Assembly (NCBI GenBank): GCA_963717145.1
Contig: OY970325.1
Location: 4,224,001 to 4,288,000 of the forward strand
DNA length: 64,000 nucleotides
Direction of reading: 5' to 3'
DNA from: an uncultured Armatimonadetes bacterium
GTDB taxonomy: Bacteria > Armatimonadota > UBA5829 > DTJY01
Shown: piece by piece, positions 29,255-39,900 of the stretch
Numbering within the stretch: position 1 is the first letter of the stretch
Layout: each line of letters starts with the position of its first letter
The notes under the pieces: generated by a model
Databases searched by the model: none
What the model saw: the letters and a program-made list of their open reading frames with translations, nothing else
Told to the model about the DNA's origin: nothing
Program-made: the position numbers and the translations under genes

Positions 29255-32200
29255 CTACCCCTTGATGACCTCGCCGGCGCGGATCTTCTTCAGGTAGCGG
29301 CGGAGGTCGCGGGACTCCTTGATCGCGTCGGGGAGCGCGTCCATGACCTGGTTCAGCAGCCCGAAGAGATCGGGGCTTGCGCCATCCACGATCATGCGGT
29401 CCGGCATGAACACGGTCCCCGCGATCTTGCGCCTCATGAGCACGCATACGTCCGAGTCGAGCCGGATGCCGCCCGCGAATCGGACGATCACCTGACGATG
29501 CTCGGTCACGATCGAGCCCACGCCGACCTCGAAGGCCCGCAATCGCAGCCGGAGCAGATCGAGCGAGTTGCTCACAGGACTCGGCAGGTCGCCGAACCGG
29601 TCGCGCAGTTCCTCCTCGAGCTGATCCACGTCCTTCGGCTCGCGGACCGAGGTCATCTTCTTGTAGAAGGTCATGCGGACGCTCTCCGAGTCGATGTAGC
29701 TCGACGGGATGTGCGCGTCCATCGAGAGATCGGCGGGCGGAAGCTCGAACGTGTCCGGCTCCTCGCCCTTGACCTCACGGACCGCCTCCGCGAGCAGTTG
29801 ACAGTACATGTCGAATCCGACCGACGACATCTGCCCGTGCTGTTCCGCCCCGAGCAGGTTGCCCGCGCCCCGGATCTCGAGGTCGCGGATCGCGATCTTG
29901 AACCCCGAGCCGAGTTCCGAGAACTCCTTGATCGCCTGAAGTCGCTTCTCGGCGATGTCGGTCATCATACGGTTCGCCTTGAATAGCAGATACGCATACG
30001 CCTGCCGGTCCGAGCGGCCGACCCGTCCCCTGAGCTGATAGAGCTGTGCGAGCCCCATGCGGTCGGAGTCGTTGACGATGATCGTGTTGACGTTCGGGAT
30101 GTCGAGCCCGCTCTCGATGATCGTGGTGCAGACCAGGACGTCGAACTGGTGCTCGTAGAAGTCGAGCATCACCTGCTCCAGTTCGTCCTCCGACATCTGG
30201 CCGTGCCCGACCCTGATCCGCGCGTATGGCACGAGCTTCCGCAGGTGATCGGCGATGTGCTCGATGTTTTCGACACGGTTGTGGACGAAGTAGATCTGCC
30301 CGTCGCGGTCGAGTTCGCGCAGGATCGCGTCCCGGATCAGCTCGTCGTCTGACTCGCGGCAGTAAGTCTTGATCGGCATGCGTCCCTCAGGCGCGTTGTT
30401 GATCACGCTCATGTCACGGATGCCGGAGAGCGACATGTGGAGCGTGCGCGGAATCGGCGTGGCGGTCAGGGTTAGTACGTCGACCGTCCGCTTCATCTGC
30501 TTCAGCCGCTCCTTGTGGGTGACGCCGAACCGCTGCTCCTCATCGACGACCAGCAGCCCGAGGTCGCGGAACTCGATGTCCTTCGAGAGCAGCCGGTGCG
30601 TGCCGATGACGATATCCACTTCGCCGGTCTTCAGGCCATCGACCGTCTTCTTCTGCTCGGCCTTACTCCGGAACCGGCTGAGCATCGCGACGTTGACCGG
30701 ATACGCGGCAAGTCGCTCCGTAAATGTGTTGTAGTGCTGTTGCGCCAGGACCGTCGTCGGCGCGAGGATGGCCGCCTGCTTGCCGTCGTTCACGACCTTG
30801 AACACCGCGCGGATCGCCACCTCGGTCTTCCCGAAGCCGACATCGCCGCAGATCAGTCGGTCCATCGGCCTCGGCGCTTCGAGGTCCGACTTGACCTCCT
30901 CGATCGCCGTGAGCTGATCGGGCGTCTCATCGTATTGGAAGGCGGATTCCAGTTCCTGCTGCCAGGGGGTATCCGGGCTGAAACTGTATCCATCGAGCGC
31001 CTGACGAGCGGCGTAGAGCTGGATCAACTCATTTGCCATCTCCCGGACCGACGCCTTGACCCGCTTCGTCGTGCGAGCCCACTCCGTGCCGCCGAGCCGG
31101 TGGACCGTCGGCTGCTGGGCATCCGAGCCGATGTACTTCTGTATGCGGTCGATCTGGTCGGTCGGCACATAGAGCTTGTCGGTGCCGGCGTATTCGACGA
31201 GCAGGTAGTCACGCTCGCCGCCCGGTCCGGTGAGCTTCGTCATGCCCCGATAGCGTCCGATGCCGTGGTTGATGTGGACGACGTAGTCGCCCTCGTTCAG
31301 TTCGAGGAGCGACGAGATCGCGAGGCCTTTGCGGAAGGCCTTCCTCGGGCGGTGCATCCGGTTCTGGCCGAACATCTCGCCATCGCCTGCAACCATCAGG
31401 CCGGCCTCGGGGAGCTTGAACCCGGAGCGGATCGTGCCCTCGATGACGTAGATTCCGCCGGGGACAGGCGTACAACTCCTGCCCGAACCACCCGTTGTTG
31501 GGGCAGGAGTTGTACTCCTGCCCCCTTCCACTATCCCAGGAGTTGTACTCCTGCCCCCGAGGCTCTCGATCGGCGAGGTGCTCAGCCCGTGCTCGGTCAG
31601 CACCTCGACGACCCGGTGCGGCTGGCTCGATACCAGCACGACACGGCACCCGTTCGCCGTCCACGTCTTGATCTGGTCGATCAGCGCCTCGATCTGCCCG
31701 CCGAACGAGTCCATCGGCGCGGAGGGCAGCGGAATATGCCGGGCGATATCGATCCATTCGACCGACCTGTCGAGTAGCGACAGGAGGACGGTCCGCTGCC
31801 TGTGCTTCATCCTCTCGGTGAAGTGGCTGAAATCGACCGACAGCGAGACCGGCAGCGCGATCACATCACCGCGCGAGATTCGTGCGTGCAGGGCCTCGAG
31901 CAGTTCCTCATGAAGCTGATCCCAGTGCGACTTGATCTGGTGCGGCTCGTCGAGGATGACAACCGCGTCGGCGGGCAGGTAGTCGAGCAAGCAGTGCTCC
32001 TGCTTGTAGAGCAGCGGGAGGTAGTACTCGACTCCATCGAAGTATGCCCGGTTCTGCAGCCGCGCGATGTCGTCCTCGATCGCCGCCCGGAGTCGCACCG
32101 AGGCATCGTGGTCGTCCTCGGCCTCGAATCGCTCCCACTCCAACTCCAGGAGATCCGCGAGCGCCTTCGCTCCCGACTCCGCGAGTTCGGGGCTGAGCAG

Positions 32201-32893
32201 GATTTCGCGCGCCGGCCCGATGTCGATGGCGTCGGTATGGGCGCTCGACCGCTGGGATTCCGGGTCGAACCATCGGATGCTCTCGACCTCATCGCCGAAC
32301 AACTCGATGCGGACCGGCGACTCCTCCGTCGAGGGGAAGACGTCGAGGATCCCGCCACGGATGCTGAACTCGCCCTGCCGTTCGACCATCAGCGCGCGCT
32401 CGTATCCGAGTTCGACCAGCGTATGGCCCGCCTCGTCGAGATCGAGTTCCGCGTTCTTCTCGACGCGTATCCGATGAGCCGCGAGCACCTCGGGCGGGAT
32501 CGTTCGCTGGAGGACCGCGCTGATCGGCGCGACGATCACTACGGGTCGGCCGTCCTGGAGGCGTGAGAGCGCCGTGATCCGCCGCCCGATGACATCGTAG
32601 TCGGTGTCGCCATCCCGGTAGACCATGCCGTCCGACGGGGCGACCAGGAGCGCCTCGCCGTTCATCCCGAGGCTGCTGAGGTCGTCGTACAGGTGCTCGG
32701 CCTGCTCGTAGTTGTAGGTGACGACGAGCGTCGGGCGCTTCATGGTCCGCTGGAGAGCGGCCGTGAACGCGCTCTTGGTCGCCGCTGCGAGGCCTTCGAC
32801 CTGGACTGCGCCACCGCTCTCTCGCAGGGACTCCCTGATCTCCCGGAACTTCGGGAGGTCCTGTATCAGTTGCAGTATATGCTCAGATTTCAT
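29255..32893 (-). CDS. mfd: Transcription-repair coupling factor
   Basis: UvrB-homology (RGGILDVFP), CarD-like VVHINHGIG, GDVGFGKTEVA, DEEQRFG, TATPIPRT, TRCF C-terminus. Confidence 0.98.
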   Translation of the reverse strand: MKSEHILQLIQDLPKFREIRESLRESGGAVQVEGLAAATKSAFTAALQRTMKRPTLVVTYNYEQAEHLYDDLSSLGMNGEALLVAPSDGMVYRDGDTDYDVIGRRITALSRLQDGRPVVIVAPISAVLQRTIPPEVLAAHRIRVEKNAELDLDEAGHTLVELGYERALMVERQGEFSIRGGILDVFPSTEESPVRIELFGDEVESIRWFDPESQRSSAHTDAIDIGPAREILLSPELAESGAKALADLLELEWERFEAEDDHDASVRLRAAIEDDIARLQNRAYFDGVEYYLPLLYKQEHCLLDYLPADAVVILDEPHQIKSHWDQLHEELLEALHARISRGDVIALPVSLSVDFSHFTERMKHRQRTVLLSLLDRSVEWIDIARHIPLPSAPMDSFGGQIEALIDQIKTWTANGCRVVLVSSQPHRVVEVLTEHGLSTSPIESLGGRSTTPGIVEGGRSTTPAPTTGGSGRSCTPVPGGIYVIEGTIRSGFKLPEAGLMVAGDGEMFGQNRMHRPRKAFRKGLAISSLLELNEGDYVVHINHGIGRYRGMTKLTGPGGERDYLLVEYAGTDKLYVPTDQIDRIQKYIGSDAQQPTVHRLGGTEWARTTKRVKASVREMANELIQLYAARQALDGYSFSPDTPWQQELESAFQYDETPDQLTAIEEVKSDLEAPRPMDRLICGDVGFGKTEVAIRAVFKVVNDGKQAAILAPTTVLAQQHYNTFTERLAAYPVNVAMLSRFRSKAEQKKTVDGLKTGEVDIVIGTHRLLSKDIEFRDLGLLVVDEEQRFGVTHKERLKQMKRTVDVLTLTATPIPRTLHMSLSGIRDMSVINNAPEGRMPIKTYCRESDDELIRDAILRELDRDGQIYFVHNRVENIEHIADHLRKLVPYARIRVGHGQMSEDELEQVMLDFYEHQFDVLVCTTIIESGLDIPNVNTIIVNDSDRMGLAQLYQLRGRVGRSDRQAYAYLLFKANRMMTDIAEKRLQAIKEFSELGSGFKIAIRDLEIRGAGNLLGAEQHGQMSSVGFDMYCQLLAEAVREVKGEEPDTFELPPADLSMDAHIPSSYIDSESVRMTFYKKMTSVREPKDVDQLEEELRDRFGDLPSPVSNSLDLLRLRLRAFEVGVGSIVTEHRQVIVRFAGGIRLDSDVCVLMRRKIAGTVFMPDRMIVDGASPDLFGLLNQVMDALPDAIKESRDLRRYLKKIRAGEVIKG
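31461..31560. repeat. Three GGAGTTGTACTCC palindromes in-frame inside mfd
   Basis: Same unit as the intergenic copies; translates as GGRSTTPGIVEGGRSTTPAPTTGGSGRSCTPVP. Confidence 0.85.
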
Positions 32894-32910
32894 GTGTATT
32901 TCGTTCAGCC

Positions 32911-33005
32911 TGTAGGGGCGTGCCTTGTGCCGCCTGCCGTCCCATCGGTCGTATGTGTCCTATATGTCCTATGGGACGGCAGGCGGCACAAGGCACGCCC
33001 CTACA
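32911..33005. repeat. GTAG-type inverted repeat with a 9-mer (GTCCTAT) core
   Basis: tgtaggggcgtgccttgtgccgcctgccgtcccat / atgggacggcaggcggcacaaggcacgcccctaca. Confidence 0.88.
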
Positions 33006-33159
33006 GTGCCTACCGCCGAACGCCGCTAAGGGCTTTGGCCCGACACCCCGGTGGTGTCCACCAAAACCCTGCCCAAGAACGTCGATTATGCTGGCCGCTC
33101 CACCCTCGAAGCCGCGCAGCGACCTTGATATTATACCAGAAGTCGGCGCTGATTGACAG

Positions 33160-33605
33160 CTACTTCGACTTCGTGAAACCAAAGAGGCCGGTGATGCCTT
33201 TCCCGATCCGCTGGAGGAAGTTGGACTCCGAGGCCTTATCGGCGATCGGCTCCTTCTTCGTATCGTCCACCACCACGGCGACCTCGCCCTCCTTGACCCA
33301 GCCGAGCTTGCGGGCTTCCGATTCCATCCCGGCGGGCGTCTGCACGTACCCGATCTGCTTGTCGAGACTCTTGTGCCGGGCTGTCTCCTGGGCGATCTGC
33401 CGGTTGATCTGCGCGATCTCACGGTTCTCAGTGTGGCCGACGAGATACGGTTTTGCGCCCTTGCCGATCACCGCGCCGACCGCGAGGAGTATCCCGGCGA
33501 TCGAGAGCACGGTGACGACCGTGTTCCTGAACCGGGCCGCCTGGACTTGCGCCGTTTCGGGCCAGCGGTCCGTCGGGGTTTGACGTGGATTACCTTTGTA
33601 GTCAT
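33160..33605 (-). CDS. FtsB/DivIC-like septum formation initiator (probable indel near 33533)
   Basis: TM + coiled coil + MESEARKLGWVKEGE; ATG 33605 has a GGAGGTG RBS and joins the ORF with one added base (KRRKSRRPRFRNTVVTVL). Confidence 0.75.
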
Positions 33606-33672
33606 GCCGATCACCTCCGGGGAGGAAGACTTTGGACCTTAGACTTCAGGGCAACAGTCCAAAGTCTAAGGT

Positions 33673-35097
33673 CTAAAGTCTATTCCCCACCACTTGCACC
33701 TTTATCAGATTCGTCCTGCCCGGGACTCCGGATGGAATCCCCGCTGTCAGGACGACCGTGTCGCCCTGCTTGACGATGCCCAGATCCTCCGCGCCCTTGA
33801 CGGCCTGCTCGATCATCTCGTCGGTGTTCGCACTTCGAGCGACGAGCACCGGGATGACTCCCCACGAGAGCGCCAGTTGCCGGTATACACTTGCCGAACT
33901 CGGCGCCGCAACTATCGGGGCGACCGGCCGGTACTGTGACACGGCGCGCGCGGTCGCTCCGGATGAAGTCGGCGTGATGATCGCTGCAGCCGACAGGTCC
34001 CATGCCAGGGAGACGCTCGCCTGAGCGATCGCGTCGGTTACCGTGTTCGCCGATAGCCGCTCCCTTTCCTGCATCATTTGGAGGTAATCCAGATTCGATT
34101 CGGTTTCGAGCAGGATCGCCCTCATCATCTGCACCGTCTCGACCGGAAACTTGCCGATCGCGGTCTCGCCGGAGAGCATCGTGGCGTCCGTGCCGTCGAA
34201 CACCGCGTTGGCGACATCGGTGACCTCGGCGCGCGTCGGACGGCGGTTGCGGATCATCGAATCGAGCATCTGGGTCGCGGTGATGACCGGCTTCCCGGCC
34301 TGGTTGCACTTCCTGATGATCGTCTTCTGTGCGATCGGCACCTTCTCGACCGGCAGTTCGACGCCGAGGTCGCCGCGCGCGACCATGATGCCGTCCACCG
34401 CCTCGATGATCGAGTCGATGTTCGCGACGCCCTCGCCCTTCTCGATCTTGGCGATCAGGCGGACCGACTTCCCCGAGTCGGCGATCAGCTTGCGGATCGG
34501 ATCGAGGTCGGCGGCGGTGCGGACGAACGATGCGGCGACCCAATCGACATCGTGCTCCAGGCCGAACTTGAGGTCTTCGATGTCCTCGTCGGTGACAGAC
34601 GGGAGGCAGATGTCCGAGCCGGGCATGTTGACGCCCTTGTGAGCGCCGAGCGGGCCGCCGATCACCACGCGAGTGACGATATCGGTGTCGGTTACGGATT
34701 CGATGTGGAACTCGAAGTCGCCGTCCGCCACGAAGATCTGCTGCCCCGGTTTCGCCTGTCGCACCAGGTCGGGGTAGGGGAGGTTGACCTCCTCGGCGGT
34801 CCCGGGGACGTCTCGAGTGGTGAAGACGAACCGTTGGCCGGTGACGACATCGACCGTGTCGGAAGCCATCGCGCCGGTCCTAAGCTTCGGGCCGGGGAGG
34901 TCCTGCAGCACTGCGATCGGCTTACCGAGCCTCGCCTCGATCTCACGGATGCACGCGATGCGTCTGCCGTGATCCTCGCGGGTGCCGTGGGAGAAATTCA
35001 GGCGTGCGACGTTCATCCCGGCTTCCGCCAGGGCGAGGAGCATCTCTTCGGATTCGGTCGCCGGACCGATTGTGCAGATGATCTTTGTTCGTCGCAT
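33673..35097 (-). CDS. pyk: Pyruvate kinase
   Basis: RRTKIICTIGPA, RLNFSHG, IAKIE, IMVARGDLGVE, ATQMLDSM, MLSGETA. Confidence 0.98.
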   Translation of the reverse strand: MRRTKIICTIGPATESEEMLLALAEAGMNVARLNFSHGTREDHGRRIACIREIEARLGKPIAVLQDLPGPKLRTGAMASDTVDVVTGQRFVFTTRDVPGTAEEVNLPYPDLVRQAKPGQQIFVADGDFEFHIESVTDTDIVTRVVIGGPLGAHKGVNMPGSDICLPSVTDEDIEDLKFGLEHDVDWVAASFVRTAADLDPIRKLIADSGKSVRLIAKIEKGEGVANIDSIIEAVDGIMVARGDLGVELPVEKVPIAQKTIIRKCNQAGKPVITATQMLDSMIRNRRPTRAEVTDVANAVFDGTDATMLSGETAIGKFPVETVQMMRAILLETESNLDYLQMMQERERLSANTVTDAIAQASVSLAWDLSAAAIITPTSSGATARAVSQYRPVAPIVAAPSSASVYRQLALSWGVIPVLVARSANTDEMIEQAVKGAEDLGIVKQGDTVVLTAGIPSGVPGRTNLIKVQVVGNRL

Positions 35098-35110
35098 GGT
35101 AAACAGAATA

Positions 35111-35171
35111 GACTGTCCCATCGGTCTCATATGTCCCATCCGTCCCATGGGACATATGAGACCGATGAGAC
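35111..35171. repeat. Inverted repeat built from GTCCCAT units
   Basis: gtcccatcggtctcatatgtcccat / atgggacatatgagaccgatgagac. Confidence 0.75.
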
Positions 35172-35175
35172 CGCT

Positions 35176-35271
35176 GTTCGGGCAGGAGTTGTACTCCTGC
35201 CCGCAAGACTAGATCGGGAGTTGAACTCCCCCAGCCAGTGCTCCGGGCAGGAGTACAACTCCTGCCCGAAC
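35176..35271. repeat. 96-bp three-palindrome composite element (copy 2)
   Basis: gttcgggcaggagttgtactcctgcccgcaagacta...gggagttgaactccc...gggcaggagtacaactcctgcccgaac. Confidence 0.85.
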
Positions 35272-35302
35272 GGTGGGCTGCTGCCCGAACAGATAACCCA
35301 CC

Positions 35303-35361
35303 CACCGATCTCAGGCGACTCCGTCGCCGGCCGCCGGCGACGGAGTCGCCTGAGATCGGTG
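35303..35361. repeat. Long hairpin downstream of eno
   Basis: caccgatctcaggcgactccgtcgccgg / ccggcgacggagtcgcctgagatcggtg. Confidence 0.85.
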
Positions 35362-35381
35362 AGGGCTGATCTGCTTGATAC

Positions 35382-36758
<1,377 letters not shown>

Positions 36759-36869
36759 TCAGAGCGGAGAGATTGTAAACCGACGGGCGAGAGGGGACGC
36801 GGGGAGGGGGAGAGTGGGGGAGTGGGAGTATGGGAGTGCGGGAGAGGGAACGGGAGTCCGTGAGCGGAA

Positions 36870-36898
36870 TGGGGCGGGAGTACAACTCCCGCCCCAAC
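36870..36898. repeat. Single GGAGTACAACTCC palindrome
   Basis: ggggcgggagtacaactcccgccccaac. Confidence 0.75.
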
Positions 36899-36982
36899 GT
36901 CTTACCTATTCGCTACCTGCGGTCGGCGGAGTACTATCTGCGTCTGCGGTCTTCAATTCCGCATTCCACATTCCGCATTCGG

Positions 36983-39900
36983 CTATCTCTCCACTATCCC
37001 CTCCGGGCCGGAGAGGCGGATGATCGGGGTCCGGCTCGTGCCGTCGAACTCGAAGGACGAGATGCCCGTCACGATCACCGGATCGTTCTCCGCGAGAGCG
37101 CCGATGTCGATGCCCGCCGCGATCACCTTGATCGGGCCGCCGGGCGATCCATCATTGACGAAGAACTGATTCTCGCCGGGGGATTCGACTGTGCCGGCGA
37201 CCTGTATCAGCAGGCCGATGTTGTTCAGTCCCGAGCCGAGCGTCAGGCCCGGAGTCAGCGGATTGAAGTCATCGCCTCCGAGGTTCCGCCCCGGTACGTA
37301 GAGCCCCTTGGGGACGAGGGCGGGATTCGCGGGCGACTCCACAGTCGTCACCGGTTCGAGGATCGCCCTCTCGCCCACCGCATTGACGCCCATGATCCCG
37401 CCAACGGTGACGATCGCTCCCGGCCCGGGCCCTGAGTCGAGGACCAGGATGCCGGACGATCTGTCGCCCTCCTGGATGTAGTAGCTGTTGGCAAAGCTGG
37501 CCGTGACCACCTTGCTGATCAGCCCGACTGGAGTTGTGTCGGTCAGGGCCTTCGCCGCGGCTATCGTCAGCGATTCGGCTGCGAGTTGGATGCCATCGGA
37601 GGATGCCACATCGCTCCAAGCTCCGGCCCCGTTCTTCGCCTTGGCCGAGATGTAGTACGTCGTGCCGAGGCTCAGTCCGGGCTGCGGAATGGCGATGTTC
37701 GCATCGGCATTTGCATCGGCGGATGTCCATCCGACGATATCCACTCCGCCGGACGCTGTGCCAACCGCATACTGGTACTCCGCGATGCCCGAATCGGCGT
37801 CGGTCGCGTTCCAGCTTCCGTGAAGGGTCGAACTCGATCCGGTGTACTGACCGTCGTCGTTGACCACAGGCGCATCCGGAGCCGAGGAGTCATACTTGAA
37901 CGTGAAGATCGTCTCCCACTCATCCGCGAGGTTGCCGGCGTTGTCCTTAGCGCGTACTCGTAGATAGTATGTGCCGGTGCTGACTGCTGCGGGGTCGTAT
38001 GCCGCGTCGGTCACGAACGTCTCGGAGGTCGCCGATTCATCGGATCCGAAGTAGACGAGATATCCGGCGATCCCCGACTCGGCGTCCGATGCGCCGCTCC
38101 AGGTGAAGGCAGGATCCGATACAGCGGCCTGCCATTGGTCGTCGACAGCGCCGCCGGTCTCGACAGCGGAGGTCGGGTTCAGCGGAGGTGCGGTGTCGAA
38201 CTTGAACGGTCCGAGATCGAGAGTGCCGCTTGCGACCCCCTCACCATTGAAGCCCTTTACGTGCAGGTAGAAACTCCCGGCCGATCCGAGTATGAGGTCG
38301 CCCGAATTCCAGATCGGCTCAGCGCCGGTCCAGGTGTGCGTCGGGCTGCCGTCCCATTCATACGCATATTGGGACACAGTGCCCTGTCCGAATCCACCGA
38401 CCGCCGTGAAGCTGAAGTCGGGGGTCGCATACCACACGCCTGCCGATCGGTCGCAGGAGATACTTGGAGCAGCCGCGAGAGTCCACCTCGTTGCGGCGGC
38501 GGACGACAGGCTGTTCAGCGTGCCGTTGTATGACTTGGCATATCGGGTATACGGTGTGTTCGCCGCCAGACTGCCCTCGTCGATGGACACACCTGCGCCT
38601 GTGCCGTTCGAGACGGCTGCGGAAGCCTTGATCGTCTGGGCCGCATCGAGGATCCGGAAGCCCATCTCGTTGTTCGACGTATCCGTTACGCTCCAACGAA
38701 TGCTCGATGAAGAGAGAGCGGCCGGCGTCCCCATGGTCGGGACGGTCGGCGCTGATGCGTACATCGCGCAGTCGTCGAACCAGCCCGCCTGGTTGACTCG
38801 GTAGTGATATCCGTACGCCACCATGTTGAGACCGTAGGTCTGAGTGTCGAGCGTGCGCTCCACTGTGCTTACCAGGATGTCGTCAATATAGAACTTGACC
38901 TCGTTCCCGGCGCCGGTGTACGGCTGGAAGTCAATGGTGAACTTGTGCCACCCGACGACTCTGGCCTTGCTCGCCGCGCCCGGCCAGTACCATCCCGTGC
39001 ATCCCGCGCCACAGGCCTTGTAGTAGCCTGCGCTGTACGTGCTGAACGATCCCGGCGCGGCTGAGTATGTGCCAAGATAGTAGATCGCCTTGACACCGCC
39101 GCTTCCATCGAGGCATCTCACCTGGAGACCCTGGCGGCTGTTGTTGCTGGCCGAGGAATCGTAGAACCAGCTCTCGAACTTGGCCGCACCGAATCCGGGG
39201 CTGAACGAGTGGCCGAGAAGGCATCCCTGCGTCGAGACTCCGGAGTCAACCGACCTGATCGAGCCCGCGCCGGGGAAGCCACCGGGGTGGTTCGCTCCGC
39301 CGTCCCACACCAGGGGATTCGGTCCGGACATCGGGCTCTGGACGATGGCGCTCCAGAGAGCGCCGTTAATGCTTGCGAACCCATCCTGGAAGATGGCGAC
39401 AGTCCCCGGGAGAGTCCCCGCGGACGCGGTATTCGACGCGCCGGAGACGTTATTCGCGTTGTCGTAGGCCTTGACGAAGTAACTGTAGCTCGTATTCTGG
39501 GTGAGGCCGTTGTCCTGGTAGGTAGTTGCGGTAGTCCTGCCCACCTCGGCGCTGTTGCGGTATATGATGTAGCCCGCGAGCCCTGCGCCGCCGGTGTCAG
39601 TTGAGGCCGTCCACGCCAGATTGATCTGCGAAGGCGAGATGCCGGTCGCGCTGAGTCCCGAGGGATTCGACGGCGCAGTGGCGTCGGTCGAGACGAGGTT
39701 GAAGTCCTTGGTCGTCGTCGCTCCGGCAGTAACGGCCGCCGTGCCGCTCGTCGGATCGAATCCGGCCTTCGAAACGTTGAGAGTATACGTGGCCGGATCC
39801 AGATTGTTGAACGTATAGACGCCCGAGCTGTTGGTTGTCGTTGATGGCCCGCCGGAGATCGCGACCGAGGCTCCGGAGAGTGCCTGGCTATTCGCGGCAT

